DNA of 64,000 bases from Octopus bimaculoides (Eukaryota), in assembly GCF_001194135.2 (NCBI RefSeq), contig NC_068994.1, positions 8,978,496-9,042,495 of the forward strand, read 5' to 3'. Position numbers and translations under genes: made by a program. A model generated the notes under the pieces. That model ran no database searches. It was not told the origin of the DNA and was given only the letters and a program-made list of their open reading frames with translations. Positions within the stretch are counted from its first letter, which is position 1, and every line of letters starts with the position of its first letter. Positions 28,780 to 42,701 of this stretch are shown here, piece by piece.

Positions 28780-29239
28780 TGTGTGTGAGTGAGCCTGTGT
28801 AATTTTGTATGCATGGCTGTCTATATGCTCTAACTTTGTTTGGCGACATATACATGATAGGTGTAGAATGACTCCGAAGCATACAAATGAAAAGAAAGCA
28901 GATGTTTTTGAATTAGCTTTGGCGTGCTGAAGATGAGTAGAGAATGTGATGATAACACTTCTAATGAAGTAGATGAACAGATTGCACTACATCATTCATT
29001 GGTAGTCCAAAGAAGGCTATTATCAGGGTTATTAGATAGTTGTAGATATCAAGAAAATTACGGAATTTGTGTCGAATCGATAAAGAAGGATTTGTAAGTT
29101 TTGCTATAACTCATCATTCTACCTCTCACGAATAACGGACTTTCTAATAAACTTCTCAAACAAGTTCCTGTCTTTCTGGAAAATATATGTCACGTTGCAG
29201 AATTAAGAATGATGGAGATGATGTTTCGAAATTAAAATA

Positions 29240-29410
29240 TAGGGTAGTCACGTCTCGGAAGTCCATTGGTTAACGATCTACCCGTCGTAGTCCAACATGA
29301 ATCGGAGCAACAAGGAAATCTAGTTTATGCAGAGCAGGATTTCACAAAACCGTCGTCGATGCTTATTACTTCAAAATTAATATCAATAACTCCATTATAC
29401 GGGTGATTCT
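29240..29410 (+). pseudogene. Possible ancient LINE reverse-transcriptase remnant
   Basis: VNDLPVVVQH...LVYAE resembles YINDLP...LYADD; very degenerate. Confidence 0.2.
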
Positions 29411-29869
29411 TATTCATTGAGGCAGTAGCTTCATATAGGAAGATCTCCCTTTCAGTTTTGAGATATCTGCTGTCAGTACAACTGCTTAAGGATGTAAACA
29501 TGTGTATTATATAATCAATAGTATTTTATTGATGCAGGCTTAATAAGGCCTGTCCAGGTCAGATGGATTGTAAACACAGGTTATTAAAGGATTTAAGGGA
29601 CATTATGAATTAGAGATAATAATTAATTATCATAATCATTTGTAGGTATTATAACAGTTCTTGTAATATATTTGGTTGTGATGGTCACTTTTGGTGACGT
29701 GTTTTTAATATATTCTGGTTCTGACTCGACTTTAAGGTTAACCCTGAAATATTGTCATTGCTCAACTTATTAAATTATTCACACACAAATACACACGCGC
29801 ACACACATATATATACGATTGTATATATGTGTTTGAGCATTTGTGTATGTACGTTTGTGCTTGTGTGTG

Positions 29870-30084
29870 TGTGTGAAATACAGGTGCAACAAAAACTGGA
29901 AGAAACAGTCGGAGAAACTTGTGGTGAAGGAGTACAGCGGGGTTCGCTACAACCCTCTTCCAGTGTCTCGTGGAGCTTTAGGTGTATTCGCTCAAAAAAC
30001 ACTCACAACGCCCAGTCTGGGAATTGAAACCGCGATCCTACCACAGCCTGTCCGCTGCCCAAACCAATGCGCCATTGCGCTTCC
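29870..30084 (-). mobile_element. SINE family D, 5' half
   Basis: ctttaggtgtattcgctcaaaaaacactcacaacgcccagtctgggaattgaaaccgcgatcc...gccattgcgc matches 41220-41336. Confidence 0.8.
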
Positions 30085-30149
30085 GCTCCCTTAGATATAG
30101 ATATACAGTTCGATAAATATAGGTAACGAAACGGACGTTTATTCCTTAT

Positions 30150-30201
30150 TATGTTACTGGTTTCAGTCATTTGACTGGGGCCATGCTGGAGCACCGCCTT
30201 T
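30150..30201 (-). mobile_element. SINE E tail fragment
   Basis: tttcagtcatttgactggggccatgctggagcaccgccttt is the reverse complement of 78-120. Confidence 0.75.
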
Positions 30202-30737
30202 TATTCATAAATATGTACGATATATTTATGCATGGCGTATATAGGAGTGCATACAAAAGGTTATGCTTGTGTATATTGATAATTTAGTGCATATTTCTGT
30301 ACATTTATGCAAACATGCTTTATTCCTCACTCTGATTTATAAACAACATGTAGGTACATGGACAACTATATATATTATGTCTTCAATATACGGATATAGG
30401 AGGGGGTACTATTGTGAATATCGATATTATTTGTGTTCACCGTGAATATGGATATTATGTCGCCAATATAATTGTGGATAAATTCAGAGCTCGGTCGAAA
30501 TTTGTTATGTATGCATATATGCATTATATACGTACGCATTGTGTATGTATACATATAAAATTCGTATATACATTTAAACATAGAGTTACATACACATATA
30601 CTCATTCACACACATATTGCTTCTATTTAGGTTGTGTATATATATATGTGTGTGTACTTTTTATGTGTTTGTTTTCCAACATATTTGATGTGGAATCGTA
30701 TGTTGAAACAGATACAACAATATTCACGTACATATGT

Positions 30738-30741
30738 ACAC

Positions 30742-30835
<94 letters not shown>
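30738..30835. repeat. (CA)n microsatellite
   Basis: Seen directly. Confidence 0.95.
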
Positions 30836-30839
<4 letters not shown>

Positions 30840-30845
30840 ACAAAC

Positions 30846-30880
<35 letters not shown>

Positions 30881-33464
30881 CCTTTATATGTGAATATATA
30901 TATACATACATGTGCCTATAAATATGAATATATACATATAGCTGCACACACGTACATACACTCAAAGACACACACACACGTACACACATACATGCGCATA
31001 TGTGCATAGTGTGTATTTGTGCATTCGAAAGCCTTTCAATTTTGGTGTTCGATTTAACTGTGTATGCAGATCTACAGGATGGCTCGCAACTTTACACGTA
31101 CGAATATTAGGTTGTTTTCGTTTGCGTAAATGTAAATTAATATTCATTTTGCCTTCTTTCAAACCATGTCATGATTTAAATTACATTTAATTACAATTTA
31201 CATTTCACCTACTTATTTTCGACAGCATTTTGATTTGGCTAATGGCCTCAATTTAAATTTTGTGTCAGTGTTGAGTAACTTGGCGTAGAAGAAGGAATTT
31301 TTAAATATAACAAATTATGCATGTTCGCTTGCTGTAATTTCTATTTTCTTATAGGAAAACTATAAAACTGAAGAAAACACATGCGGTGTGTTACGCCCGC
31401 ACATACGTGCATGCATATAATTCATGCAGTAGAAATCAGACACATGTGTAGTCATACACGAAGACTTTCTAGTACACAGTAACAACATTACACGCATATA
31501 GCAAGCAATATACCAATATATATATAAGTGTATGTGTGTTGGGAGGCGTTCCTGTACGTGTGTATGCCTGCTTATATACACACACATACATATGTAAGTG
31601 TATATATGTAGTCATCTATACATGTGTATATTTATGTATTGATTGGTAATGTATGTATACTCATGTGATAGAAATCAGAAATCTACGTCGCTAAAAGTAC
31701 AAAACCACATTTTCTTCTTCAAATCTACACTGTTCAAAATGACACGAATCATTATTTTACGAAGGGGACTGAAATTTAATGATGCACTTCGATTTTGCGT
31801 TCAATCGCGATGTACTTTTAGTGAATTTTAACTAGAATTTAAAATGGAACCACCCAGAATGCGCTTATAAGCATGATGATTCTTTTCCATTGATTAGCCA
31901 CTGCATCTCCAACTAGCTGTGTAATGTATTATATGATTAAAGTAAAATCGACTAATACGTAGGGAAATAAACATTAAATGCTTATTTGACTTATTTGTTA
32001 ATTATTTTAGCACCAGATCAGAGACGTTTGTAATTTTCTGAAGCTTTTCACAGTTAAAAGACACATTCTTATTACTAAAATTCAATCTAACCTTACTTAT
32101 TACGTGTGGAAGAGTTTGTTGGAATGATTTTACATTCGTTGGTTATGATGGTAAAACCATTAATAATGCTGGTTAAAAAATAAAACCGTAGTCATGGGGT
32201 TAAAATGTAGAATGGGGTGCAAGGTAATGTATTTCTTGGATCACGATTTCTCAAAGCCCAAAACAAGATAGGTGTAGTTTGAATGCATTTCTTTGTAATT
32301 ATATATATATATTTTTAAAATCTGGGCTAACGTCGTTTTTCAAATAAGGATGACAACATTCGCAGCACGATCAATACTGCAAACAGTAAAAACATAAGAA
32401 AAAATACCCCAATAAGGAAAACAAAGTGAGCGAAATGATAAGATCGATGGAGAGTTGAGCACATTGCTTCACACAGTGTTTGTACTGTTGCAGTCTTAGT
32501 TCAAATACCTCCAGGGCTCACTTTACCATTCTGATTATCGGAACTATAGGTATGTTAAAACATATCTGTTAAAATTGAGTCCAAATCTTTTTTAGAATTA
32601 CACTTCACTACTTAAAAATAAACACAAAAAATACATTGTAAAATAAACGCAGTCTTGAATGCGTTGAAAAAAGTGGAAGGTCCGTGTTGGAGCGTCTTCC
32701 ATAATCGATCAGTACAGTTAGGGTTGGCCTTTCAGCAAAATAAGGTCAACATCAAGATAGAAGTTATCAATAACAGGAAGAATTTGCTACTAATAATGGC
32801 CATATTTCTTTTAGATCATACTGCGCTACTTTAAAAGGGAAAGGAACAAGCATTATATTATATTATATTATACTGGACGAGATTGACGATAAAAACGAAC
32901 AGGCGTTTATGATCGCTATTCCTTTGATCGTTGTCCTTTCTTGAACGAGGCGGTCTTGAAGCACAACACCGAGTGAAGCTACAGCAATAACAACAACAAA
33001 AGCAACAACAAAAACAACAAAAATACCAGTCGCTACAATATCGCCACCTCACCACCTAATCATCAACATCAATAACAACAATTTTAAATGCTAGGCATTC
33101 AACGACATGTGAACGGTGAATATCACTTTACTCGTTTTGCTTTCATATATGAAATTCACGTTAATTGTAGAATCACGCCGCTATTAGCATATAATTGAGT
33201 ATGTTAAATACGGAGTGTAGATCACAAGATATAATTAATAACAGACTACTTTATCACGCATCTTTAGTTTTGGTGGGTGCATGGTTGGATGTAACCTTAT
33301 TCTTAATTTCAACTAATTTGCCGCTTATATTAACAACAGATCAAAGAAAAGATCTGGTTATTATGTACAGATATTCGTTTTGATAATGAGTAAACACTAT
33401 GACATGATAGATAACTTTATGTATAGCCTATTTATGTTAGCCTTTTTGAATGTGTCTTACTCTG

Positions 33465-33662
33465 CGCGCGTAGCTGTCAGGTAAGTAGCTTGCTTAACAA
33501 CCACATGGTCCCTGGTTGAGTCCCATTGTGTGGCACCTTGGGCAAGTGTCTTCTACTATAGCTTCGGATCGACCAATGCCTTTTGAGGGGATTTGACGGA
33601 AACTGAAAGAAGCCCGTCGTATGTATATACATGTATATATATTCATTGTGCTTATGTATGTG

Positions 33663-33707
<45 letters not shown>
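33465..33707 (+). mobile_element. SINE E 5' half running into (TA)n and a gap
   Basis: ggtaagtagcttgcttaacaaccacatgg...ggcaccttgggcaagtgtcttctactatagc...gaaagaagcccgtcgtat. Confidence 0.85.
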
Positions 33708-34799
33708 NNNNNNNNNNNNNNNNNNNNNNNNNNNNNNNNNNNNNNNNNNNNNNNNNNNNNNNNNNNNNNNNNNNNNNNNNNNNNNNNNNNNNNNNNNNNN
33801 NNNNNNNNNNNNNNNNNNNNNNNNNNNNNNNNNNNNNNNNNNNNNNNNNNNNNNNNNNNNNNNNNNNNNNNNNNNNNNNNNNNNNNNNNNNATTTAATAA
33901 TGCTTAAAAACGAAATCCTTGTCGTAGTTTCATTCCCATCTACCGAGTGAATCAACTTCAATCTCTCTTTTCCACGCCTTACCTCCGTCTTTCTCTTTCT
34001 AATTCAATCATTTAATTATTATCTAACTCCCTAATTTCTCACTCCACATATCTCCCATTGACTTTTGTTTAAAATTACTAGCTAAACGGAACGACAAGAT
34101 ATTCTGTTCGCTGTAATCTCTCTCCAATGATGAAAGATGTCTTTGCGAATTATCCGTTAAGAGTCTGACTGTCAACCTACTTACTTGCCCACTTTTGCTA
34201 ATCAATTTTCTCCATAGCTTGCTTAAAAGCGATGCTGATTGAAATATCGCCAATTCAAAATCAACATGTTATATTGTGTGTGAAATGGCGTTATTTAAAC
34301 ATCATACACAGATGTTTACTACGCTAATTCAATAAAATGTATTCATTTTTACGTCAGCGAACAATTTCAACCAAGTTAAGTCATGTACAGTGAAGCTTCA
34401 GTCATATTTGACCTAATCTACACGTTTCTAACGCCTTATTATTGATTCTCCGACTGCTAAAGTTACACCATTTCGCAGATACAAACAATGAAGGTGATAA
34501 GAGCCTCGTTCAACTTGCTGCAATTAGGTGCTGAGTGAATAATATTCTCATCAGTGTAAATAGCAGAAACACGAGAATCGTGCGGTACGCTCACATTCAA
34601 TCCAGTTTTTTGGAACGGGATTGGGGAAAAATGCTTTGCCAACATTACAAAAAGTGAAGACAGTGCATAAATAATCACAAACAATAACTCACATATAAAT
34701 ACATTTGCCCACGTATAATCATGCTCACGCAAGCGTATTGACGTTTACAGTTGTGTACACAGATACATATATGCGCTAAGTTAGGAGGACACACAAACA

Positions 34800-34950
34800 T
34801 CCTCCCCCCACACAAATATAGGTCAATTGCCTCAAATCTCGCGCTCAAATGGTACTTATCGACCCCAAAGGTGGACCTAGGTGGGGTTTGAAGTCAGGAA
34901 GTAAAGACGGACGAAATACTGACAAGTATTTTGCCCGGCGTGCTAACTTA
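34800..34950 (-). mobile_element. Diverged SINE A
   Basis: ggtacttatcgaccccaaagg...gtaaagacggacgaaatac...gcccggcgtgctaac. Confidence 0.65.
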
Positions 34951-35778
34951 CTGAGGAAGAAACGTCTGTAATGCATAGCTAGGTAACAAACATAGTATAT
35001 TGTTATTTCATTCTATACTGTAAATATACGTCGGTAATAAAATATAAGTAATAAAATATAAATTATGTTTCTGTCCATTCTGAATATAAAATATAATGAA
35101 TTGAAAAAAAAATAAAATACTGTGGAAAATAGCGAAACGTCAGCATTGTACAAGAGTATATATGAAGGAAATATTCAATGCAAAGTTACGATTCCTATGT
35201 AATCACACATCTTTGCATTCATATTTAACAATGTAAGCACGTGGTTGAATAAAAGTATCAGTAATGGGTGATGTTGAAGCTCCTGCAAAAATGCGACCAT
35301 AACTATGACGATAAACACACACACATACACACACACGCACACGAACAGACGCACAAACACATGCACACACATGTATACACATAAACGGTGCGTATATACA
35401 TGTGCGTGTCTATATGCGTGTGTGTATATATTTATGTACTTTATAAACATATCTACTTATGTATATTTACGCGCGCACACACTCTCACATACAAACACAC
35501 TTGTATATTCGCACCCACACATAAGCGGGACTTATATACTCTTTGTGTGTGTGTATTTATTTATTTATATTCATGTATATCTACTTATGAGTATTTACAC
35601 CCCACCATATATTCAATATATGACAGGCAGACAGACAGACATATATAAATAAAAATATAGATAGATAGATAGATAGATAGATAGAAAAAATAGATATAAA
35701 GATATATAGATAGATAAATAGATATGCCTATGCACATATGTACATACCTATGTATGGCTACAATTATGTACATTACGT

Positions 35779-35901
35779 GTGGAGGCGCAATGGCCCAGTG
35801 GTTAGGGCAGCGGACTCGTGGTTTCGATTCCCACATCGGGCTTTGTGAGTGTTTATTGAGCGAAAACACCTAAAGCTTCACAAGGCTCCGGCAGTGGGGG
35901 T
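35779..35901 (+). mobile_element. SINE D head with small internal deletion
   Basis: gtggaggcgcaatggcccagtggttagggcagcggactcg (A box), ggtttcgattcc (B box), gagcgaaaacacctaaagc. Confidence 0.85.
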
Positions 35902-36987
35902 GTATATATACAAACATATATTGTAGTCTTAGCTCGAGGGTGGCGGTCATGTTGGGGCAATGCCATCTGCATTGCTAAATATTCAGTTAAGTCCCTCTGA
36001 CGCGTGGCATTTGGTGAATGAGGGGGTTTGATATGCTGCCCCCATCTGCGTTTCTTGCTGCGAGGTAGGCTTAACTGGAATACTTGAAAGGAGGAACTCC
36101 TGTTTTATGTTAATGACACTACATCATGTTAATGACACTCAGGCTTTGAATTGGGGTGAAATTGAAGAGCTCTGGACACTTGAAGCCCTAGCTTTTGCAG
36201 TATCTGATCTCGTATTATGTATATATACTCCTGTGTGTTTGTATGTGTGGGTATGGATTAGAGATGGTGTATTGATAATTGCGTACATCTCTGTCTACGC
36301 CTGTCTTTGTAGTATCTGTAGCGGACATGTCAAAGTCTGTGAAACAAGATTTCGATAAACAACGATCGATGAAAGGAATACAGGAAAAGGATTATCTCGT
36401 GGATAATTGATCTATCGACCTGAAACACTACGGTATTCTCACAAGCTTTGACAGCTCTAGCCGATGGAGAATATGACCTCCTAAATTTGCCCATGTAAGT
36501 AATCGATATGTAATCTATTTGATTTATCAGTAAACATACGATCACACACATACATCTTCTCTCCCGTAGATATATGTGAGTATATATATATATATATATA
36601 TNNNNNNNNNNNNNNNNNNNNNNNNNNNNNNNNNNNNNNNNNNNNNNNNNNNNNNNNNNNNNNNNNNNNNNNNNNNNNNNNNNNNNNNNNNNNNNNNNNN
36701 NNNNNNNNNNNNNNNNNNNNNNNNNNNNNNNTTTATTGAGATGGAGAAGTGTGGACTTTTCAGTATCGAAGTACGATAAACTGTAAAACAATTCTTTTTT
36801 ATTTTTCACAGAAGGCGACAGGGTTTCGGGCTTTTGGAATAAGAATTTTTCATAGCAAGCGGAAGCTCAAAAGTGGTAAATATCCAAGCGAGGTGTATAC
36901 CGCAGGCTACTTTTCTGGCGAAGGCTATCTTGATTAAATGAGACTTTACATTGTCGCAAGGAAATACATGTTAACAGAAAGAAGACT

Positions 36988-37043
<56 letters not shown>

Positions 37044-38965
37044 AGTGAGTGAGATAGACCGTGTGTGAAAGAGAGTGAGTCGTATCCTCGCGACCAAAGT
37101 CTTGCATACATACAAACATACATAATGCAAACATCCATCCATCCAACCATCCATTCATACATACATACATACATACATACGGCACCGTTCTGGATAGCTT
37201 TCTTTCGGTTGGTTATGATGTTACAATTTCCTAGCAGCAGACAAGAAGTAAACAACACTTGTTAACATACGGTGTGTTTTGGGAAGTCGTTTGAGTAGTC
37301 CGAAGGTGATACAAGCTTCATAAAACGGTCTTTTGAAATAAAATTCATCGAATATCTTGCGTTTCTCTAAGTAAAGGAGTGCCAGCAAGGAAACACCAAT
37401 ACATTTGAGATCGCATATATTTTATTGAATTTTATATTTTATAAAGAGATTATTATTTTTATTATCATTATTATATGGAGAACATCGTATTATATATAGA
37501 AAGTGTGGGCAGTATTGCCTCGCCTTTAGATATATGGTTTTCAAATGGAAAACGATTTATAAAACAGAAAATATAACTGTCGACCTTTGCAATTAGGAAT
37601 GTTTACGTAAACAATTTATAATTCCTCTGTTCTATGCTGTAGCCACAAAATTCATAAAAATACACCATGTCCATACCAACGTATAACTAAAAGATCAAAT
37701 CGACAGACAAGTCAGTGATTTTACAAATACGAAAATAGTCAGACTGTAAACATATGCGCACGTATGCATATATGCATGCATAAATATTTTTGTATTGACA
37801 TCTCTCTAGCTAATGGAAAACTCTGATGTAACACCTGCGAATCCATTTACATCTAACCATGTAAAATAGTTCTCTTTTTTGAGCAAATACATTAGTCACT
37901 GGAGAGTAAAAGTGATCATATTCAAGGTCTTTCCCAACCTAAATAAACATAAAGTGCAGGTATGACCTGATATTCAATAATTATTCTGCGCGTTTATGTG
38001 TGAGCAGAGTATTGTAAGTACTCGTCTTTCTCTGTCTGTCTGTGTGTTTGCAAAATTACTGGAATACGGCTGAACGGATTTTCACCAAATTTAGCAGAAA
38101 TAATCATTGCGTGAGTGGCTCGAAGTGATAAAAATTCCGTTTGATTATCTTGAAACATACATCAATAAATACACTGATATGCAGCTGTGTGTGCGTGTGT
38201 GTGTGTGTGTATATGTTGTCACACAGTGACGGATTCCAGGGTTTCGTTTATGTACGAGCTGACTTTTTAATTTCATCGGAGTATAAATAATGGTGATATT
38301 TAAAGAAAAAATAGAGAAATGAAAAAAAAATCGAGCTTACGAATTTCCCGATAAGCAAAATTAGACAAAAAATTACAAAGCTTAATTCAGTTCAATTTGA
38401 AAGCATGGATAAGCAACGTATTTTTAGCTACTGTATACTTTGCGAAAATTTTTATCTGTGCGCAGGGTATGCATCGTCCCTCCGATTCCTTTTTTGTTTC
38501 ATTATATTATGTCTTGCATAACAAGACTTAGGTTAGCAAGAAAGACCACTAACTCAATGAATTCCATGATGGAATGAAAGGCTCAGTCATAGTGTGTAGT
38601 AAGGTGTATGACAACATGCTGCAAGAAACAACGGACGTTATCGCATCTATGCCAAATGTACACATCACTAGTATAAATGAAAGACCACATCCCAGTAGGT
38701 GTTGTTTAGCAGGAAAAGAAAACGATGGCATTGCTCTAAATGGGGTTACCGTCGTCATGTATATATTGCTATGGGTACGTAGAGGTTCCTCAGTGTTTAT
38801 GCTTCCTCGCTTGGCAAACGGTGTTGTTTTATTACATCCTCTAAATTAGATGGCAAACGGAATTCTCATCGATTGATGAAGGAGAACAATCATTGTTTGC
38901 TTTTGACTCTGTCGACTACCCATGTAGTAGGGACAGTTGGGCACTGTCTGAAAGAAAAAAATACA

Positions 38966-39593
38966 ATGTCGCAATTCACACCGTCAGAGATTTGGAAATG
39001 ATATGCTGTACTGCTTGGCATTCGCACCAGAAGCTCCAATACGAACACTTCAGTCTCTTTGAGTGTCTATCTGAGGATAGTGAAATCTGAGGGCAGTGTA
39101 GTCTAGGGACATGTACCAAGAGTGATAAAAATCATATATCCTGTCAATATCATGGTGTTTGGAGTCACCACAAGTAACGACGGCGTTATGTCTACAATCG
39201 TCTTCTCACACTGCTGAAATTCAACATGGGGGCCTACTTAAATTGCCTGGAGGCGGTAGTAGTAGTACCATGGGTGAACACGGCGGCTGCTGGAAGTCAC
39301 TGTTTCGCAGCATACCAGAGAAGCAGCAGAATCCAGTCATGGCTGTCAGACAATTTGTGTGACCACATGACCTCTTTCATCCAGCCACCTAACTCCCAAA
39401 GTCAGCAAACACCCTTCATTATTATGCGTGGTGCACATGAGCGAGAGACCAATAGGATTCCTTGTCACACCAAAGATCAACTGAATGCAAAGATTATTGG
39501 AAGTATTCAGCAAGTTAAACACGGAGACAACGCAAACGAATTTCAGAGACCCTGGAGTCTGTGGTTGAAGCCAATGGCAATTCTATTGAATAA
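38966..39593 (+). pseudogene. Internally deleted Tc1/mariner-superfamily transposase
   Basis: N-terminus MSQFTPSEIWK*YAVLLGIR joined to HVPRVIK..YPVNIMVFGV, YLNCLE.VVVPWV, QSWLSDN, QPPNS (WPPNSPD-like) and LESVVEANGNSIE*; contains stops and frameshifts; no TIR pair found. Confidence 0.8.
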
Positions 39594-40997
39594 ATTTACT
39601 TAGTATTTCAAGATATATTTTAGGTAATTTTGGTATATATACGTACGAAGGATGAGAAATTATTAATTCCCTATACTTTTTCTCAAACTGTGAGATATAA
39701 TTGATGTTCATCACTCTTACGTTGGTGCAATAACATCTCAAAACAATTGGGTGAAACATATAATAATGTGGTTTTGGAGAGATTATATCTGCAATTTAAA
39801 GTGGCATTGCAATCGCTGAAGTAGTTTTAATCAAAGTTTGCTCCCCAAAGTTTAATCAAAGTTTTGCTCTTTATCGTCAACTTACTAGTTAATCACAAAA
39901 ATGATGGCGTATGAATCTCCATCCTTTTTTAGCTTGCTACATATATGTATTTAATTAAATTTCTCTAGGTTCTCACTACGTCCATAATAATAACGCTATG
40001 TAAATCTTTGAGGGTTCGGTTTATAGTTTGTTATGATACGCTCTTTTGAATAATAGGCTAACTTTCAATACAACTTCTCATCATACGGAAGAGAAGCAGT
40101 AAAATTCCCCCAAGCATGTGATATTTTGAGTCAGCAAATACTCACAACACATAGATTATGCCAACTTTTCATTTCCGAAATATTTGAAACAACAAGGAAA
40201 ATATCTAAGAGTATGAATATTGTGATGTGCATGGTGGTAATTCCGTTAAAGCTATTTCTGTTGACAAATGCAGAAGCTTTGAATTGATGAAAATTGTTCT
40301 TTGTAAATATTTATGCGGCTTCTTCAACGTAACAAAAACCATAACATGCCGTTTCTTTTCAATTACGCATTGTGTTGGTGAAAGCAAACACATCTCATTT
40401 ATATTTTCGATTTATAAATAGTTACAAAAATTCTAAATGACTTTTAGCATTCAATTCTCTGTTTTAATTATTAAACGAAGTTATATCTATTTTGATGTGT
40501 TTCATTGTTTACAGGTCCGTTTGCCAAACAGTAATACAGAAAATTGGTGCTAAGATATATTTCGGTGTTCTTAAGGGGATAAACATATATAAACAAGCCA
40601 AGAATATATTTCAACATATGAGATTCATTGATAGCTCATTTATGTAAATTAAAGAATTATCACGGTAACGAATGCTTTCAGTTTCAATAAATTCCCAACG
40701 TAGCAAATATTAATTATTCTGTCATTCAAGTTTTGTTGTTATAAGCAGTTACATGAATCAATTTCTATAGCACTGAATAAATTTGGTAAGGGATATAATT
40801 GGAATAACACGAAAGGTAACCTGTCTTTCGTCAATATTTATCTAGGAAACAAATGAACCATTGATTTTGGGACTTTATAAAATATGGGTACTTGGAGTCA
40901 AGATTTTACGAACTTATCGAGTGTTCACATACTGTTTTTGATGAAAATCTATGGAACACTCGTCGAAGAATTGTAAAATTTTAACATCTTCTCTTTA

Positions 40998-41336
40998 GCA
41001 CTCCGTCAGTTACAAGGACGAGGGTTCCAGTTGATTCGATCAACATAACAGCCTGCTCGTAAAATTAACGTGCAAGTGGCTGAGCGCTCCACAGACACTT
41101 GTACCCTTAACAAGGCTGGCCCCTTTGAAATACAGGTACAACAGAAAGAGGAAGAAAGAGTGAGAGAAAGTTGTGGTGAAAGTACAGCAGGGTTCGCCAC
41201 CATCCCCTGCCGGAACCTCGTGGAACTTTAAGTGTTTTCGCTCAATAAACACTCACAACGCCCAGTCTGGCAATCGAAAGCGTGATCCTACGACCGCGAG
41301 TCCGCTGCCCTAACCACTGGGCCATTGCGCCTCCAC
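40998..41336 (-). mobile_element. Near full-length tRNA-derived SINE family D with target-site duplication
   Basis: tRNA-like head at 41336-41265; flanked by aaaattttaacatct (40975-40989) and aaaatttaacatct (41337-41350). Confidence 0.9.
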
Positions 41337-41418
41337 AAAATTTAACATCTACTCTATTATAGAAGTATCCAACTGGAAGACTGATGTAAAAATGGTTTTA
41401 TTATAATTGAACATCAAT

Positions 41419-41636
41419 AAGATGATGAACTAGCAGAATCGGTAGCACGCCGGGCCAAATGTTTAGCGGAATTTCATCCGTCTTTACGTTCTGCGTTCAA
41501 ATTCCAACGGGGTTAATTTTGTTTTTCATCCCTTCGGGGTTGATAAATTAAGTAACAGTTGCGTCCTCGGGTCGATCTAATAGACTGGCCTCCTCCCTCA
41601 AATTTCAGGCCTTGTGTCTTTAGTAGAAAGCATTAT
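41419..41636 (+). mobile_element. SINE family A
   Basis: gcagaatcggtagcacgccgggcc...gttcaaattcc...ttcggggttgataaattaagta...cttgtgtctttagtagaaag. Confidence 0.85.
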
Positions 41637-42242
41637 AATGGGACACAAATACATACATTGGTACATATGCATAACAGATGTATCTCCTTGTATGTTTACG
41701 TACACTAATAGCGAATGCTTTGTGTGTGTCTTCGGAGAGAAAGAGAGAGAGTAACAAATTAGCATAAAGGAATGTGATTGATTTTTATGCGTGAAGTGTG
41801 AGGTGCATGGAAGCGAAAACCTGCAAACTAAATTATTTACGTGTGTTTTACAACTGTTCAATTCTTAGAAATATTTTAAAATAACGTTATCAAATATATT
41901 GTAAACTTCATTCTAATTTTCATTTTTTGGTTTTCAGAAAGAGAAATGAAAGAAAATAATAAAATAAAGTTGGTGTTTTTAATATACGAAAATAAATAGT
42001 ATGTATGATATATTAAAAATAAGGAAGTTTCAAAAAATGAAAATAAACCACCTACTCCGCTCTCTCCCTCCCTCCCTCCCTCNNNNNNNNNNNNNNNNNN
42101 NNNNNNNNNNNNNNNNNNNNNNNNNNNNNNNNNNNNNNNNNNNNNNNNNNNNNNNNNNNNNNNNNNNNNNNNNNNNNNNNNNNNNNNNNNNNNNNNNNNN
42201 NNNNNNNNNNNNNNNNNNNNNNNNNNNNNNNNNNNNNNNNNN

Positions 42243-42289
<47 letters not shown>

Positions 42290-42642
42290 TTCTCTCTCTC
42301 TCTTTCTCTCTCTCTCTTTCTCTCTCTCTACGTATATATAGAGAGAGAGAGTGAAAGAGAGATAAGTACATTTGTCTATTTATAAATATCAATATATATA
42401 TTATATATAATATATATGCATATATATATATATATACATACACGTATATACATATATATATGCACGCATATATAAACACCCATATGTGTACATGTATAGC
42501 TACAAGGACTCGTTGTACATGTGCTATGAGAATATATTTTATATGTTTGTTCTTTAGTATGTTAGTTACTTCGTTGTGTATTTTAATATATCTACATACA
42601 CACTATCATTTATACATGCATATCTACAAATAAATATATACG

Positions 42643-42701
<59 letters not shown>

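Noticed and set aside
33980-34234. Two strong minus-strand donors (GAG|GTAAGG, CAA|GTAAGT) as possible 5' UTR exons
   Set aside because: The acceptors are mediocre, and nothing in the sequence links them to the 21-kb exons.
35930-36200. Relatively GC-rich block with a 14-bp direct repeat (atgttaatgacact x2)
   Set aside because: Probably an unclassified repeat fragment; no coding or structural signal could be supported.
38030-38140. (GTCT)n followed by ctgaacggattttcaccaaattt, reminiscent of Helentron-associated elements
   Set aside because: Too short, and the diagnostic subterminal inverted repeats and 3' hairpin were not found.
35779-41336. tRNA-like heads of SINE D, and likewise those of A, C and E
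   Set aside because: They have A/B boxes but no intact cloverleaf and continue into SINE bodies, so they are not tRNA genes.
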